From assembly GCA_051748045.1 (NCBI GenBank), contig JBNJGY010000026.1, positions 1 to 26,635 on the forward strand: a DNA stretch of 26,635 nucleotides, in the 5' to 3' direction. This document shows, piece by piece, positions 17,187 through 24,823 of this stretch. Both the position numbers and the translations under genes were made by a program. The notes under the pieces are model-generated. The model was not told the DNA's origin, searched no databases, and worked only from the letters and a program-made list of their open reading frames with translations. The stretch comes from Thermotogota bacterium. Its GTDB lineage: Bacteria; Thermotogota; Thermotogae; Petrotogales; Petrotogaceae. Each line of letters begins with the position of its first letter. Position 1 is the stretch's first letter.

Positions 17187-18107
17187 TTAATCTTTTTCCC
17201 CATCTTTTAAATCTTTAGCTATTTCTTTTATCTTTTTTATTCTACTATATAAAGTTGATTTTTTCATATTGAGATCTTCGGCCATCTCTTTCAAGCTTTG
17301 ATCTTCATTTTCTAATCTATGTTCTGCTATTTTTTTTAAATTTTTTGTCAAATTGTCTAATCCTATTTTTTCTTCTATAAATAATATATCATTAATTTGT
17401 TGAGAAGAACTTTCAGCAGTTTTCAAAGCATTAGCTGTTAAAAAATTAATCGTTCTAGTTACATTACCTTTTAACTCTCTTACTTTTATTATGTCATTTA
17501 ATTTATCTACAGAATCATGTGAATCCATTACCTCTAAAACATTTAATATATCTCTACTTGATTTTATATATAGTTTAACTTTGTTGTTTTTAATAATGTA
17601 GTTAGATTTAATACCAATAAGATTATAAAATGTTTCAACTATAGTGTCAGCATATTCTTCAGATATATCCAAGAAAAATTCAAGATGATATGAAGATTTA
17701 AAAGAAACAGAACCTGTTGTTAGAAACATCCCCTTCAAAAAGACTCCAAATAAAAATGGATCATTCTTTATTTTTTGAGGTAATTCAGAAGAGTAAATAT
17801 CTATATTCTCTCTCCCCACTATCTTTTCAACTGAGGCTAAATCTAATAGTATTTCACCAGTTCTTCCTAATTTTAACCTTCTTTCCATTTTAACATAAGC
17901 ACTAATGTAATCTCCAAAAAGTAACTTGCTTAATTTATAAATTCTCTTCATAGAACTTAAAGAATTAACTGTTATTTTTATATACTTTCTATAACCATCA
18001 ATGACAAAGTCTCCTTTCCCTTTTATAGCTCCATACAATTCCACTTCGGGAAACTCCATCTTTGTCGATACTAATGTCATTTTAACCTCTTCAGAAAAAG
18101 TAGCCAA
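17187..18107 (-). CDS. whiA: DNA-binding protein WhiA
   Basis: FSEEVK N-terminus, FLKGMFLTTGS LAGLIDADG-like, YHLEF, LYIKSS, R.INF..AN..KT, C-terminal HTH; rapZ-yvcK-whiA synteny; start TTG 18107 or GTG 18116. Confidence 0.9.
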   Translation of the reverse strand: MATFSEEVKMTLVSTKMEFPEVELYGAIKGKGDFVIDGYRKYIKITVNSLSSMKRIYKLSKLLFGDYISAYVKMERRLKLGRTGEILLDLASVEKIVGRENIDIYSSELPQKIKNDPFLFGVFLKGMFLTTGSVSFKSSYHLEFFLDISEEYADTIVETFYNLIGIKSNYIIKNNKVKLYIKSSRDILNVLEVMDSHDSVDKLNDIIKVRELKGNVTRTINFLTANALKTAESSSQQINDILFIEEKIGLDNLTKNLKKIAEHRLENEDQSLKEMAEDLNMKKSTLYSRIKKIKEIAKDLKDGEKD

Positions 18108-18108
18108 T

Positions 18109-19044
18109 TTAATCACCGATTATTTTTTTTATTATTTTTGATAATTTAGTCGAATCGTGTCTAACTATAGTCTTTTCTTTATTTATAAAATAGACTAAAT
18201 CATTTTGAATTATTCTTTCATCTTCAAAGTCTATTTTTACTACAGTAGAATTTCTTTTTTTATATCTTTCAAGAACAAAATTTGGTATTTTACCAGAATT
18301 AGCAATTATATGATTAACTTTATGATCTAAATAATATTCAATTTCTTGAACATGTTTTGCTAAATTATAACCATTTGTTTCTCCTGGCTGTGTCATTATA
18401 TTAGAAATATATATCAAATTGGAATTGCTTTCTTTTATAGATTCCTTTATTCCTTTTACTAATAAATTTGTAATTATACTAGTATAAAGACTACCTGGAC
18501 CCAAAATTATACAATCAGCATTTTTTAAAGCTAAGGTGCTTTCTTCATATGCTTCGGAATTCCCATCTAACCATACTCTTGATATTTTTTTGTTTTGAGA
18601 AACCAAATTTTTTTCTCCAAAAGAAATAGCCCCATCTTCGAATTCACCAGCTATCCTGATTAATTCAAAAGATGAGGGTAGAACTCTACCCTTTATATTT
18701 AAAAAATCTGATAATGTTTTTATAGCTAGAGGAAAATTGTTATTATTAATTCTGGTTAATGCTAACAAAATAATGTTACCAAGATTATGATTTTTTAAAA
18801 ACCCTTCATTAAATCTATAACCAAGTAATTTTGTTATAAGTGATTCTTTCTCCGAAAGAGCCATAATATTATTTCTTATGTCTCCTGGGGGAGGTATTTC
18901 AAAATCATTTCTGATAACTCCAGAACTTCCACCTTCGTCAGTAACTGCAACTATTGATGTAAGATTAATCTCTTTAAACCACTTTAACCCTCTTAATAAT
19001 TGATTTAGTCCAGTTCCCCCTCCTATCACAACAACATTTTTCAT
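18109..19044 (-). CDS. yvcK: YvcK/UPF0052 (GlmR-like) uridine-sugar-binding protein
   Basis: VVIGGGTG, DEGGSSG, PPGDIRN, HNLGN, GPGSLYTSI, NIMTQPGET, RHD. Confidence 0.94.
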   Translation of the reverse strand: MKNVVVIGGGTGLNQLLRGLKWFKEINLTSIVAVTDEGGSSGVIRNDFEIPPPGDIRNNIMALSEKESLITKLLGYRFNEGFLKNHNLGNIILLALTRINNNNFPLAIKTLSDFLNIKGRVLPSSFELIRIAGEFEDGAISFGEKNLVSQNKKISRVWLDGNSEAYEESTLALKNADCIILGPGSLYTSIITNLLVKGIKESIKESNSNLIYISNIMTQPGETNGYNLAKHVQEIEYYLDHKVNHIIANSGKIPNFVLERYKKRNSTVVKIDFEDERIIQNDLVYFINKEKTIVRHDSTKLSKIIKKIIGD

Positions 19045-19049
19045 TGTGA

Positions 19050-19904
19050 TCACTCCTTAGTCATATCTCTGTGAGTGATACTAACATCTCTTTTTTCTTC
19101 TTTTAGTTGCTCATAAATCTTTTGAGCAACATATACTGACCTATGCTTCCCACCTGTGCACCCTATACAAAAATATGCTTCAACTCTACCTGATTCAGTA
19201 TATTTATCTTGAATAAATTTAGCAAATGATGTTAATTTTTTTAATGTTTTTGTAGTATCTTCAAATTTTTCTAAATACTCTGAAATTTCTCTGTCTAGAC
19301 CATTATATTTATAGATTTCAAAGAAATAAAAAGGATTTGGAAGATATCTTACATCAAAAACATAATCAGCACTATTTGGAATACCATTTTTAAATCCAAA
19401 ACTTAAAATATTTAATTTTAGCGGCCTTCTTTTCTGCTTTATTATTTGAAAAAATTTTTTTCTAAATTCATAAGGTTCTGTATTTGAAGTATCAATTATT
19501 ATATCACTAATAGATTTTATGTCTTTTAGTATATCTTTTTCTTTTACTACTGCCTCTTCAAGTGGTAAATCGAGTGGATGACTTCTCCTGGATTTCCTGA
19601 ATCTATTGATCAGTGAATTTGGATCCGCCTCTAGAAAAACTTTTTTTAACTCCATTTTGCAGGGAAGTTTATTATCTATTTCATAAAAAGATTTAGTTAA
19701 CTGTTCTGGATTTTTCCATCTCAAATCACTCACTATTGCAAGCTTATCAACATCGCTGGAACAAATCATTTCTATAAATGATTCGATTAAATGTGGAGGT
19801 ACATTATCAACTGTATAATACCCTTCATCTTCCAAAGTCTTTAACAAAAAGGTCTTTCCTGCGCCAGAAAGACCTGTAATTAAAAATATTATCGGTTTAT
19901 TCAT
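19050..19904 (-). CDS. rapZ: RapZ/YvcJ P-loop nucleotide-binding protein
   Basis: GLSGAGKT, LEDEGYY.VDN.P, SFGFK.G, FDVRYLPNPF, IGCTGGKHRSV; start 19904 or 19916. Confidence 0.95.
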   Translation of the reverse strand: MNKPIIFLITGLSGAGKTFLLKTLEDEGYYTVDNVPPHLIESFIEMICSSDVDKLAIVSDLRWKNPEQLTKSFYEIDNKLPCKMELKKVFLEADPNSLINRFRKSRRSHPLDLPLEEAVVKEKDILKDIKSISDIIIDTSNTEPYEFRKKFFQIIKQKRRPLKLNILSFGFKNGIPNSADYVFDVRYLPNPFYFFEIYKYNGLDREISEYLEKFEDTTKTLKKLTSFAKFIQDKYTESGRVEAYFCIGCTGGKHRSVYVAQKIYEQLKEEKRDVSITHRDMTKE

Positions 19905-20709
19905 ATAAATCAACATCCTCTTTTATTTCAAATAACTGTGTGTTCATGACTAGTTTTTTATAATTTGATTTATATTTCAATCTGCCAAGAAATCTTTTAG
20001 ATAAAAATTTGAATTGCTCTAAACTTCCACTTATATAAAAGTCAATTTCAGGCTGTCCTGTAAGATAAGGTAATTTTAAATTAAAAAGAGTTTTTATTAT
20101 ACCGTCTGCAGGATCTATTATTTTTGTTTTAACAATTTTTTGTATATGGTTACTTAAAATTGGATAATGTGTACACCCCAATATAACTTTATCATACTGG
20201 CCTTCACAATCTCTAAGATAATAATTTATTATTGAATCAGCCATGGGGCCATACCAATAACCTTCTTCAATTAATGGAACGAATAATGGACAAGCCTTTT
20301 CATTAATTTTTTTTACTTTAGCTTTATTTATCAACAATTCTCTATAGCTACCAGATTTAACTGTATTTGAGGTTGCCAACAATAAAACTTTTTCATTTTC
20401 ATTAATTTGTTCTATTCCATTATCTATTATACTTATATACTTAAAACTTCTTTTTTTAACTGAAGTTAAGCCCTTTTTTACCAGAGAATCAGTAGTATTA
20501 CAAGCAGAAATCAGTATATCAACTTCCATTTGTTCAAAAAAATCAAAAATATTTTCTAACATATTCACTAAAAAATATTCAGGTTTTGAGCCATATGGAA
20601 CATTTAATGTATCTCCAAAATAATAAAACTTGTGGTTGTTGAAATTCCTAACCACTTTTTTCAAAACGGTAAGCCCGCCTATTCCAGAATCAAAGAACCC
20701 TATTTTCAT
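19897..20709 (-). CDS. murI: Glutamate racemase
   Basis: IGFFDSGIGGLTV, PYG.K, ACNT and LGCTHYP catalytic Cys pair. Confidence 0.94.
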   Translation of the reverse strand: MKIGFFDSGIGGLTVLKKVVRNFNNHKFYYFGDTLNVPYGSKPEYFLVNMLENIFDFFEQMEVDILISACNTTDSLVKKGLTSVKKRSFKYISIIDNGIEQINENEKVLLLATSNTVKSGSYRELLINKAKVKKINEKACPLFVPLIEEGYWYGPMADSIINYYLRDCEGQYDKVILGCTHYPILSNHIQKIVKTKIIDPADGIIKTLFNLKLPYLTGQPEIDFYISGSLEQFKFLSKRFLGRLKYKSNYKKLVMNTQLFEIKEDVDLYE

Positions 20710-20714
20710 CTTGT

Positions 20715-21020
20715 TCACTCCCAAGAAATAAAACTATCCGAATCTTTTTGTTTTTCTATATCACTGCTTTCAATGATATTTTCAAATTTATTCACAATGT
20801 TTCTAATTTCATCTTTTGTTTTTAAAACATTTAACCGCTCATTTAATAATAATAGTAATAATATATAATTAATTTTTTCTTTACCAAAATTGGTAGCCAT
20901 ATTTTCAACTTCTGATTTTATCTCATTCAAGATTTTGTTAATAATTTCTTCTGGTTCATCAACTCTGTATTTATATTTTTCTCCTAATATTTCTATCTGT
21001 ACATCCCTAAAGTTAGACAA
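20715..21020 (-). CDS. zapA: Cell division protein ZapA-like
   Basis: V.IEILGEKY beta-hairpin, helix, LLLLLN segment, C-terminal coiled coil; 101 aa; TTG start. Confidence 0.7.
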   Translation of the reverse strand: MSNFRDVQIEILGEKYKYRVDEPEEIINKILNEIKSEVENMATNFGKEKINYILLLLLLNERLNVLKTKDEIRNIVNKFENIIESSDIEKQKDSDSFISWE

Positions 21021-21029
21021 TTAAAACAC

Positions 21030-21332
21030 CTACTGATTAAAGTCTTGCTGTGGTTGACTTTTTGTGTTATCAGTATTATTACCTGAAATCTCTTCACCAA
21101 ATTTTGTCATTAAATCTTCTTTTATTTGTTTCAATGAAGATTCAAACTGACTATTTTTATTAGATATTTCTTCCATTTTATTATTCAACCTATCTTTTTC
21201 TTCATTTACTTTTTCATATTCTTGAAATAATTCATCATATTCAGCTTTCAATTCTTCTTTTTCTGATTTTACTTGATTATATTTAGTAGCTAAATTTTCA
21301 ATCATTTGTTCCAATTCTTTAATAATTTCCAT
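21030..21332 (-). CDS. Coiled-coil protein, ZapB-like
   Basis: All-heptad coiled coil of ~100 aa directly upstream of zapA; ATG 21332 after GGGGGG SD. Confidence 0.65.
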   Translation of the reverse strand: MEIIKELEQMIENLATKYNQVKSEKEELKAEYDELFQEYEKVNEEKDRLNNKMEEISNKNSQFESSLKQIKEDLMTKFGEEISGNNTDNTKSQPQQDFNQ

Positions 21333-21370
21333 CTTATTCCCCCCTTGAAAAAATTCTTTTTTCATTTTTA

Positions 21371-21379
21371 ATTATATCA
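21371..21379 (-). promoter_or_regulatory. Extended -10 promoter of the zapB-like..lysS operon
   Basis: TG-a-TATAAT on the minus strand; no good -35. Confidence 0.55.
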
Positions 21380-21445
21380 TAAACAGCGTTATTTTGTTTA
21401 ATATGATGAATATAATAATAATTAAGTAAATTTTGTTAATCGTTA

Positions 21446-21454
21446 TGATATAAT
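21446..21454 (+). promoter_or_regulatory. Extended -10 promoter of GAF-like gene
   Basis: TG-a-TATAAT; supports a start at 21486. Confidence 0.55.
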
Positions 21455-21485
21455 AAAGTTGAATTTATTAAAGGATGTGGAGAAG

Positions 21486-22670
21486 TTGAAATATATTAAT
21501 AAGATATTAGAATTAGTATCTACTATAGGTACACCTTCATTTCATTCTCTTTTGGGTGAATTATTGTTAACAGAAACTAAAAGTAGCAAGATGTTAATAG
21601 TTAGAAATATTGAAAATTCTTGGATTATTTTAGACGCTCAAAATATCACACCTAAAAAATTAGAATTCGAAGATTTAGAAGAAGTCTTACAAGAATATCC
21701 CGACCTATTTCCTTATGAATTTTCTTTCAGCACTTTTATAATTTGTGATGGAATTTTTGAAAATGAAGATAATATCTTATATCTAAACAATGCTTTTGAT
21801 AAAGAACTAGATTTGTTCGAAAAACAAAGATTGGAAACCATAATAGATAGATTATCTTACCAATTATCTGCAATTAAATCTTTAGTATTGAACTTATCAG
21901 AACCTTTACAAGAAGACTCTTTTATAGAAATAATCCAAAGTACTCTTTCAGAAATGCTTTTTAGTGGAGTTTATACCTTTAAAATTTCTGGTATGCAAGC
22001 AAATTATTTTTCAAAAATAGGTTTTTATGAGTTAAATCAAGAAATTTTTGATTTAGATGAAATTCTTTTAGCTTCTGTTGAAATGGGAAATCCATTAATT
22101 TTAGAAGATGTGAATGGTTTAGAACATTTAAAAGAGAAAAAAATCAAAGCTATATTCCCAATTGGTTCACTTGAAAATGACGCTTATTTGATATTTGTTT
22201 TAAGAGATACAAATATAGAACAAGAGGAAAAATTATTTATAAGCACCATCCATAAAATTATTGAGCATTTCTATACAAAACAATTTATAGAATTAATAGA
22301 TTTCAAAGAACAACTTTCATTAAAGACTCTTAGACTTTTTCAGGTATTTGATAATCTTTTAAATGCCATAAAAGATCCTACAAATATAGAAGATAAATTT
22401 GTAAATGGAATAAAAAATTTGTCAGAAGTCCATTCTTTAACTTCTTACGAACATAAAAATGATTTACCTTTTGGAGTTTATTCAAACGAAGAAATAGAAA
22501 ATGTAAAATGTGATTTTTTAATTATTTATCCATCAGAATCAAAAGATGGTTCCAAAAAAGAATTATGTATTAATTTAACTAAGTCTATCAAAGAAAATTA
22601 CTTAGAGTTGATTAACATATTTACTTTAATATTAGAAAGCTATGAGACTTTGATTAATTTAAAAAAATAA
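21486..22670 (+). CDS. Hypothetical soluble protein, possibly degenerate GAF domain(s)
   Basis: Long ORF; TTG 21486 after GGAG SD; central helix-strand pattern like GAF (..FIEIIQSTLSEML..VYTF..AIFPI..LIFV..EEKLFISTI). Confidence 0.7.
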   Translation: MKYINKILELVSTIGTPSFHSLLGELLLTETKSSKMLIVRNIENSWIILDAQNITPKKLEFEDLEEVLQEYPDLFPYEFSFSTFIICDGIFENEDNILYLNNAFDKELDLFEKQRLETIIDRLSYQLSAIKSLVLNLSEPLQEDSFIEIIQSTLSEMLFSGVYTFKISGMQANYFSKIGFYELNQEIFDLDEILLASVEMGNPLILEDVNGLEHLKEKKIKAIFPIGSLENDAYLIFVLRDTNIEQEEKLFISTIHKIIEHFYTKQFIELIDFKEQLSLKTLRLFQVFDNLLNAIKDPTNIEDKFVNGIKNLSEVHSLTSYEHKNDLPFGVYSNEEIENVKCDFLIIYPSESKDGSKKELCINLTKSIKENYLELINIFTLILESYETLINLKK

Positions 22671-22697
22671 AGAAGGGATATAATCCCTTCTTTTTTT
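22669..22697. terminator. Bidirectional terminator between convergent genes
   Basis: AAAGAAGGGAT-ata-ATCCCTTCTTT with flanking A and T tracts. Confidence 0.85.
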
Positions 22698-22705
22698 ATA
22701 TAAAA

Positions 22706-22975
22706 TTATTTAGGCTTTACAACAAACTTAATAGCTGTTCTTTCTTCTCCTTCTATTTCCACGTCAGAGAAAGCAGGAACACAAACTAAATCAACACCAC
22801 TCGGTGCCACATAACCTCTTGCAATAGCAACAGCTTTAACTGCCTGATTAACAGCACCTGCTCCAATTGCCTGTAACTCAGCTTGATGTTTGTCTCTAAT
22901 AATCGCTGCCAATGCCCCCGCAACAGCAACTGGTTTTGAATTCGCTGCAACTTTGAGTACTTCTAATTCTGCCAT
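22706..22975 (-). CDS. spoVS: SpoVS family protein
   Basis: EVLKVAANSKP.AVAGALA...AIGAGAVNQAVKAVAIARG...PAF...GEERTAIKF; ATG 22975 after AAGGGGG SD. Confidence 0.96.
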   Translation of the reverse strand: MAELEVLKVAANSKPVAVAGALAAIIRDKHQAELQAIGAGAVNQAVKAVAIARGYVAPSGVDLVCVPAFSDVEIEGEERTAIKFVVKPK

Positions 22976-23027
22976 GAATACTACCCCCTTTATTATTTTG
23001 ATATTTGGAGTAATGAATATTTTAACC

Positions 23028-23104
23028 TGGCGCGTTTGGCGGGATTCGAACCCACAATCTTCGGATCCGAAGTCCGACGCTCTATCCAGTTGAGCCACAA
23101 ACGC
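23028..23104 (-). tRNA. tRNA-Arg(TCG)
   Basis: GCGTTTG/CAAACGC acceptor, G73, CCA; anticodon arm TCGGA-CTTCGGA-TCCGA; TTCGAAT T-loop. Confidence 0.95.
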
Positions 23105-23119
23105 TTAGAACTATCTTAA

Positions 23120-23148
23120 ATTATACATTAATTTAAAGTTTTAATCAA
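23120..23148 (-). promoter_or_regulatory. sigmaA promoter of tRNA-Arg/spoVS
   Basis: TTGATT-17 nt-TATAAT, 15 nt before the tRNA. Confidence 0.75.
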
Positions 23149-23168
23149 GTTTAATATTACAGAATATT

Positions 23169-23197
23169 AAAATAACCCAACATATAGTTGGGTTATT
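23169..23197 (-). terminator. Terminator after peroxiredoxin
   Basis: AATAACCCAAC-5 nt-GTTGGGTTATT 11-bp stem. Confidence 0.75.
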
Positions 23198-23216
23198 GTT
23201 TATAATAAATATTTAA

Positions 23217-23858
23217 TTAAAGTTCTTTGTATTTAAACCACCAATCATAAGTATTTTCTGTGCCTTTTCTTTTTTGAGCATCATCATAATTAGATGCTGG
23301 TGGAAGTATAACTTTATCCCCTAAAAATCCATTATTTGGATAATTTTCTGGCATTGCAACTTTGTTTTTATCTGCTATTTGAAGTGCATTTACTATTCTA
23401 TAAACTTCAGCAACACTTCTACCCGCTTCTTGTGGGTAATACATTATAAGTCTAATTATACCTTCTGGATCAACTATAAAAACAGCTCTCACAGTGTTAG
23501 TTCCTTTTCCTGGATGTATCATTCCCAATTGGTTTGATAATCTACCTAACTCATCTGCAATTACAGGAAATGTAATTTTTTGATCCAAATTTTCTTCTAT
23601 CCATTCTACCCATTTAATATGAGAGAACACTTGATCAACTGAAAGTCCAATTAATTCTGTATTAATTTTTTTAAAATCCTCATGTTTTTTAGCAAAACCC
23701 ACAAATTCGGTTGTACAAACAGGGGTAAAATCTCCTGGATGACTAAATAACACCCACCATTTTCCTTTATATTCGTCAGGTAATTTCTTCATACCAAAAG
23801 TAGTATTTACTTCCATCTCTGGAAATTTTTCACCTAATAAAGGCATTTTCCCTTCCAT
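23217..23858 (-). CDS. Peroxiredoxin, Prx6 subfamily
   Basis: [35 protein letters not shown]...GR, DWWF tail. Confidence 0.94.
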   Translation of the reverse strand: MEGKMPLLGEKFPEMEVNTTFGMKKLPDEYKGKWWVLFSHPGDFTPVCTTEFVGFAKKHEDFKKINTELIGLSVDQVFSHIKWVEWIEENLDQKITFPVIADELGRLSNQLGMIHPGKGTNTVRAVFIVDPEGIIRLIMYYPQEAGRSVAEVYRIVNALQIADKNKVAMPENYPNNGFLGDKVILPPASNYDDAQKRKGTENTYDWWFKYKEL

Positions 23859-23919
23859 TAAAAAAACCTCCTTTTGACTATTTGTTAATTTTTAAATCCA
23901 TTTTTATAAACACAGTTAA

Positions 23920-23948
23920 ATTATAACTCTTTTTTAAAAACTATTCAA
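23920..23948 (-). promoter_or_regulatory. sigmaA promoter of peroxiredoxin
   Basis: TTGAAT-17 nt-TATAAT. Confidence 0.65.
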
Positions 23949-24025
23949 GTTAATTTTTAATATCTTTTTTTACATTATCTTTAAGAAATTGAGTTAACAT
24001 TAATTATAATGTCATGATTTAAAAT

Positions 24026-24052
24026 TAATCTTTTTTTTCATTAAGTCGATAA
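24026..24052 (+). promoter_or_regulatory. sigma28 (FliA) promoter of flgM-flgN-flgK
   Basis: TAAT-N15-GTCGATAA versus consensus TAAA-N15-GCCGATAA, just upstream of flgM. Confidence 0.75.
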
Positions 24053-24076
24053 TTTAATTGACAAGGAGGGATAAAC

Positions 24077-24340
24077 ATGGATATAAATAGAATAGGCAAT
24101 AATGCAAATGTAAACATCCAAAAAATCCAAAAAGAAATTCAAAATAATAAAACTTCAAAAAAATTAGATAATAAAGATATTTTTCAAGCTGAAGGAAATT
24201 CTAAAAAATATTTAGAATTAGCTTCTAGACTCCCTGAAGTAAGAACTAAATTGGTGAATGAACTAAAATCAGCTATTGAAAATGGAGCTTATGATATAGA
24301 TGCTGAAAAAATCAGCAAAAAGATGCTCGGAGGATTATAA
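24077..24340 (+). CDS. flgM: Anti-sigma28 factor FlgM
   Basis: PEVR..LV.ELK.AIENG.Y.IDAEKIS.KML C-terminal signature. Confidence 0.92.
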   Translation: MDINRIGNNANVNIQKIQKEIQNNKTSKKLDNKDIFQAEGNSKKYLELASRLPEVRTKLVNELKSAIENGAYDIDAEKISKKMLGGL

Positions 24341-24341
24341 T

Positions 24342-24821
24342 ATGCAATTAAATAAATTAATAGATATAATCCGTAAGGAGAAAAAACTCCTTTCGGATTT
24401 TTTTGATATGATAAATGATTTAGAAAATTATTTAATCAAAAAAGAAGATACAGAAAAAATAAATAATAAATTAACTGAAATATCAAAAAAAAGCACAGAT
24501 TTTGAGAAAATAGATTTAGAAAGAGATAAATTAACTAAACAATATTGTATTGAAAAAGGAATTGAATACAGTCTTAAGGATATTGTAGATCATCTCTCGA
24601 AATATAATAAAGAAGGGGCTATTGAAATAGCTGAATTTATAGAAAAATTAAATGAATTTACTCTTAAATTAGATGAATTGAGCGAAGTAATATCTTTTCA
24701 AAATAATTTAAATAATAGCATTTTCAAACTATTTAATGTTAGAAATACTGGAAAATCAACATATGGAAGACATGGTTTTAATAAAGGAAACGGCAATAGT
24801 TCAACTGGTTGGAGGGGATAA
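24342..24821 (+). CDS. flgN: Flagellar export chaperone FlgN
   Basis: Helical ~159-aa protein between flgM and flgK, N..N near the end and TYG..G tail; ATG 24342 after GGAGG. Confidence 0.75.
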   Translation: MQLNKLIDIIRKEKKLLSDFFDMINDLENYLIKKEDTEKINNKLTEISKKSTDFEKIDLERDKLTKQYCIEKGIEYSLKDIVDHLSKYNKEGAIEIAEFIEKLNEFTLKLDELSEVISFQNNLNNSIFKLFNVRNTGKSTYGRHGFNKGNGNSSTGWRG

Positions 24822-24823
24822 AA

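Noticed and set aside
22976-23098. N-terminal extension of SpoVS (130-aa ORF)
   Set aside because: The extension reads through the tRNA-Arg gene; the real start is ATG 22975 with its own SD
23900-23930. PerR/Fur box upstream of the peroxiredoxin
   Set aside because: Only a half-site (ATTATAA) that coincides with the -10 element, in AT-rich DNA
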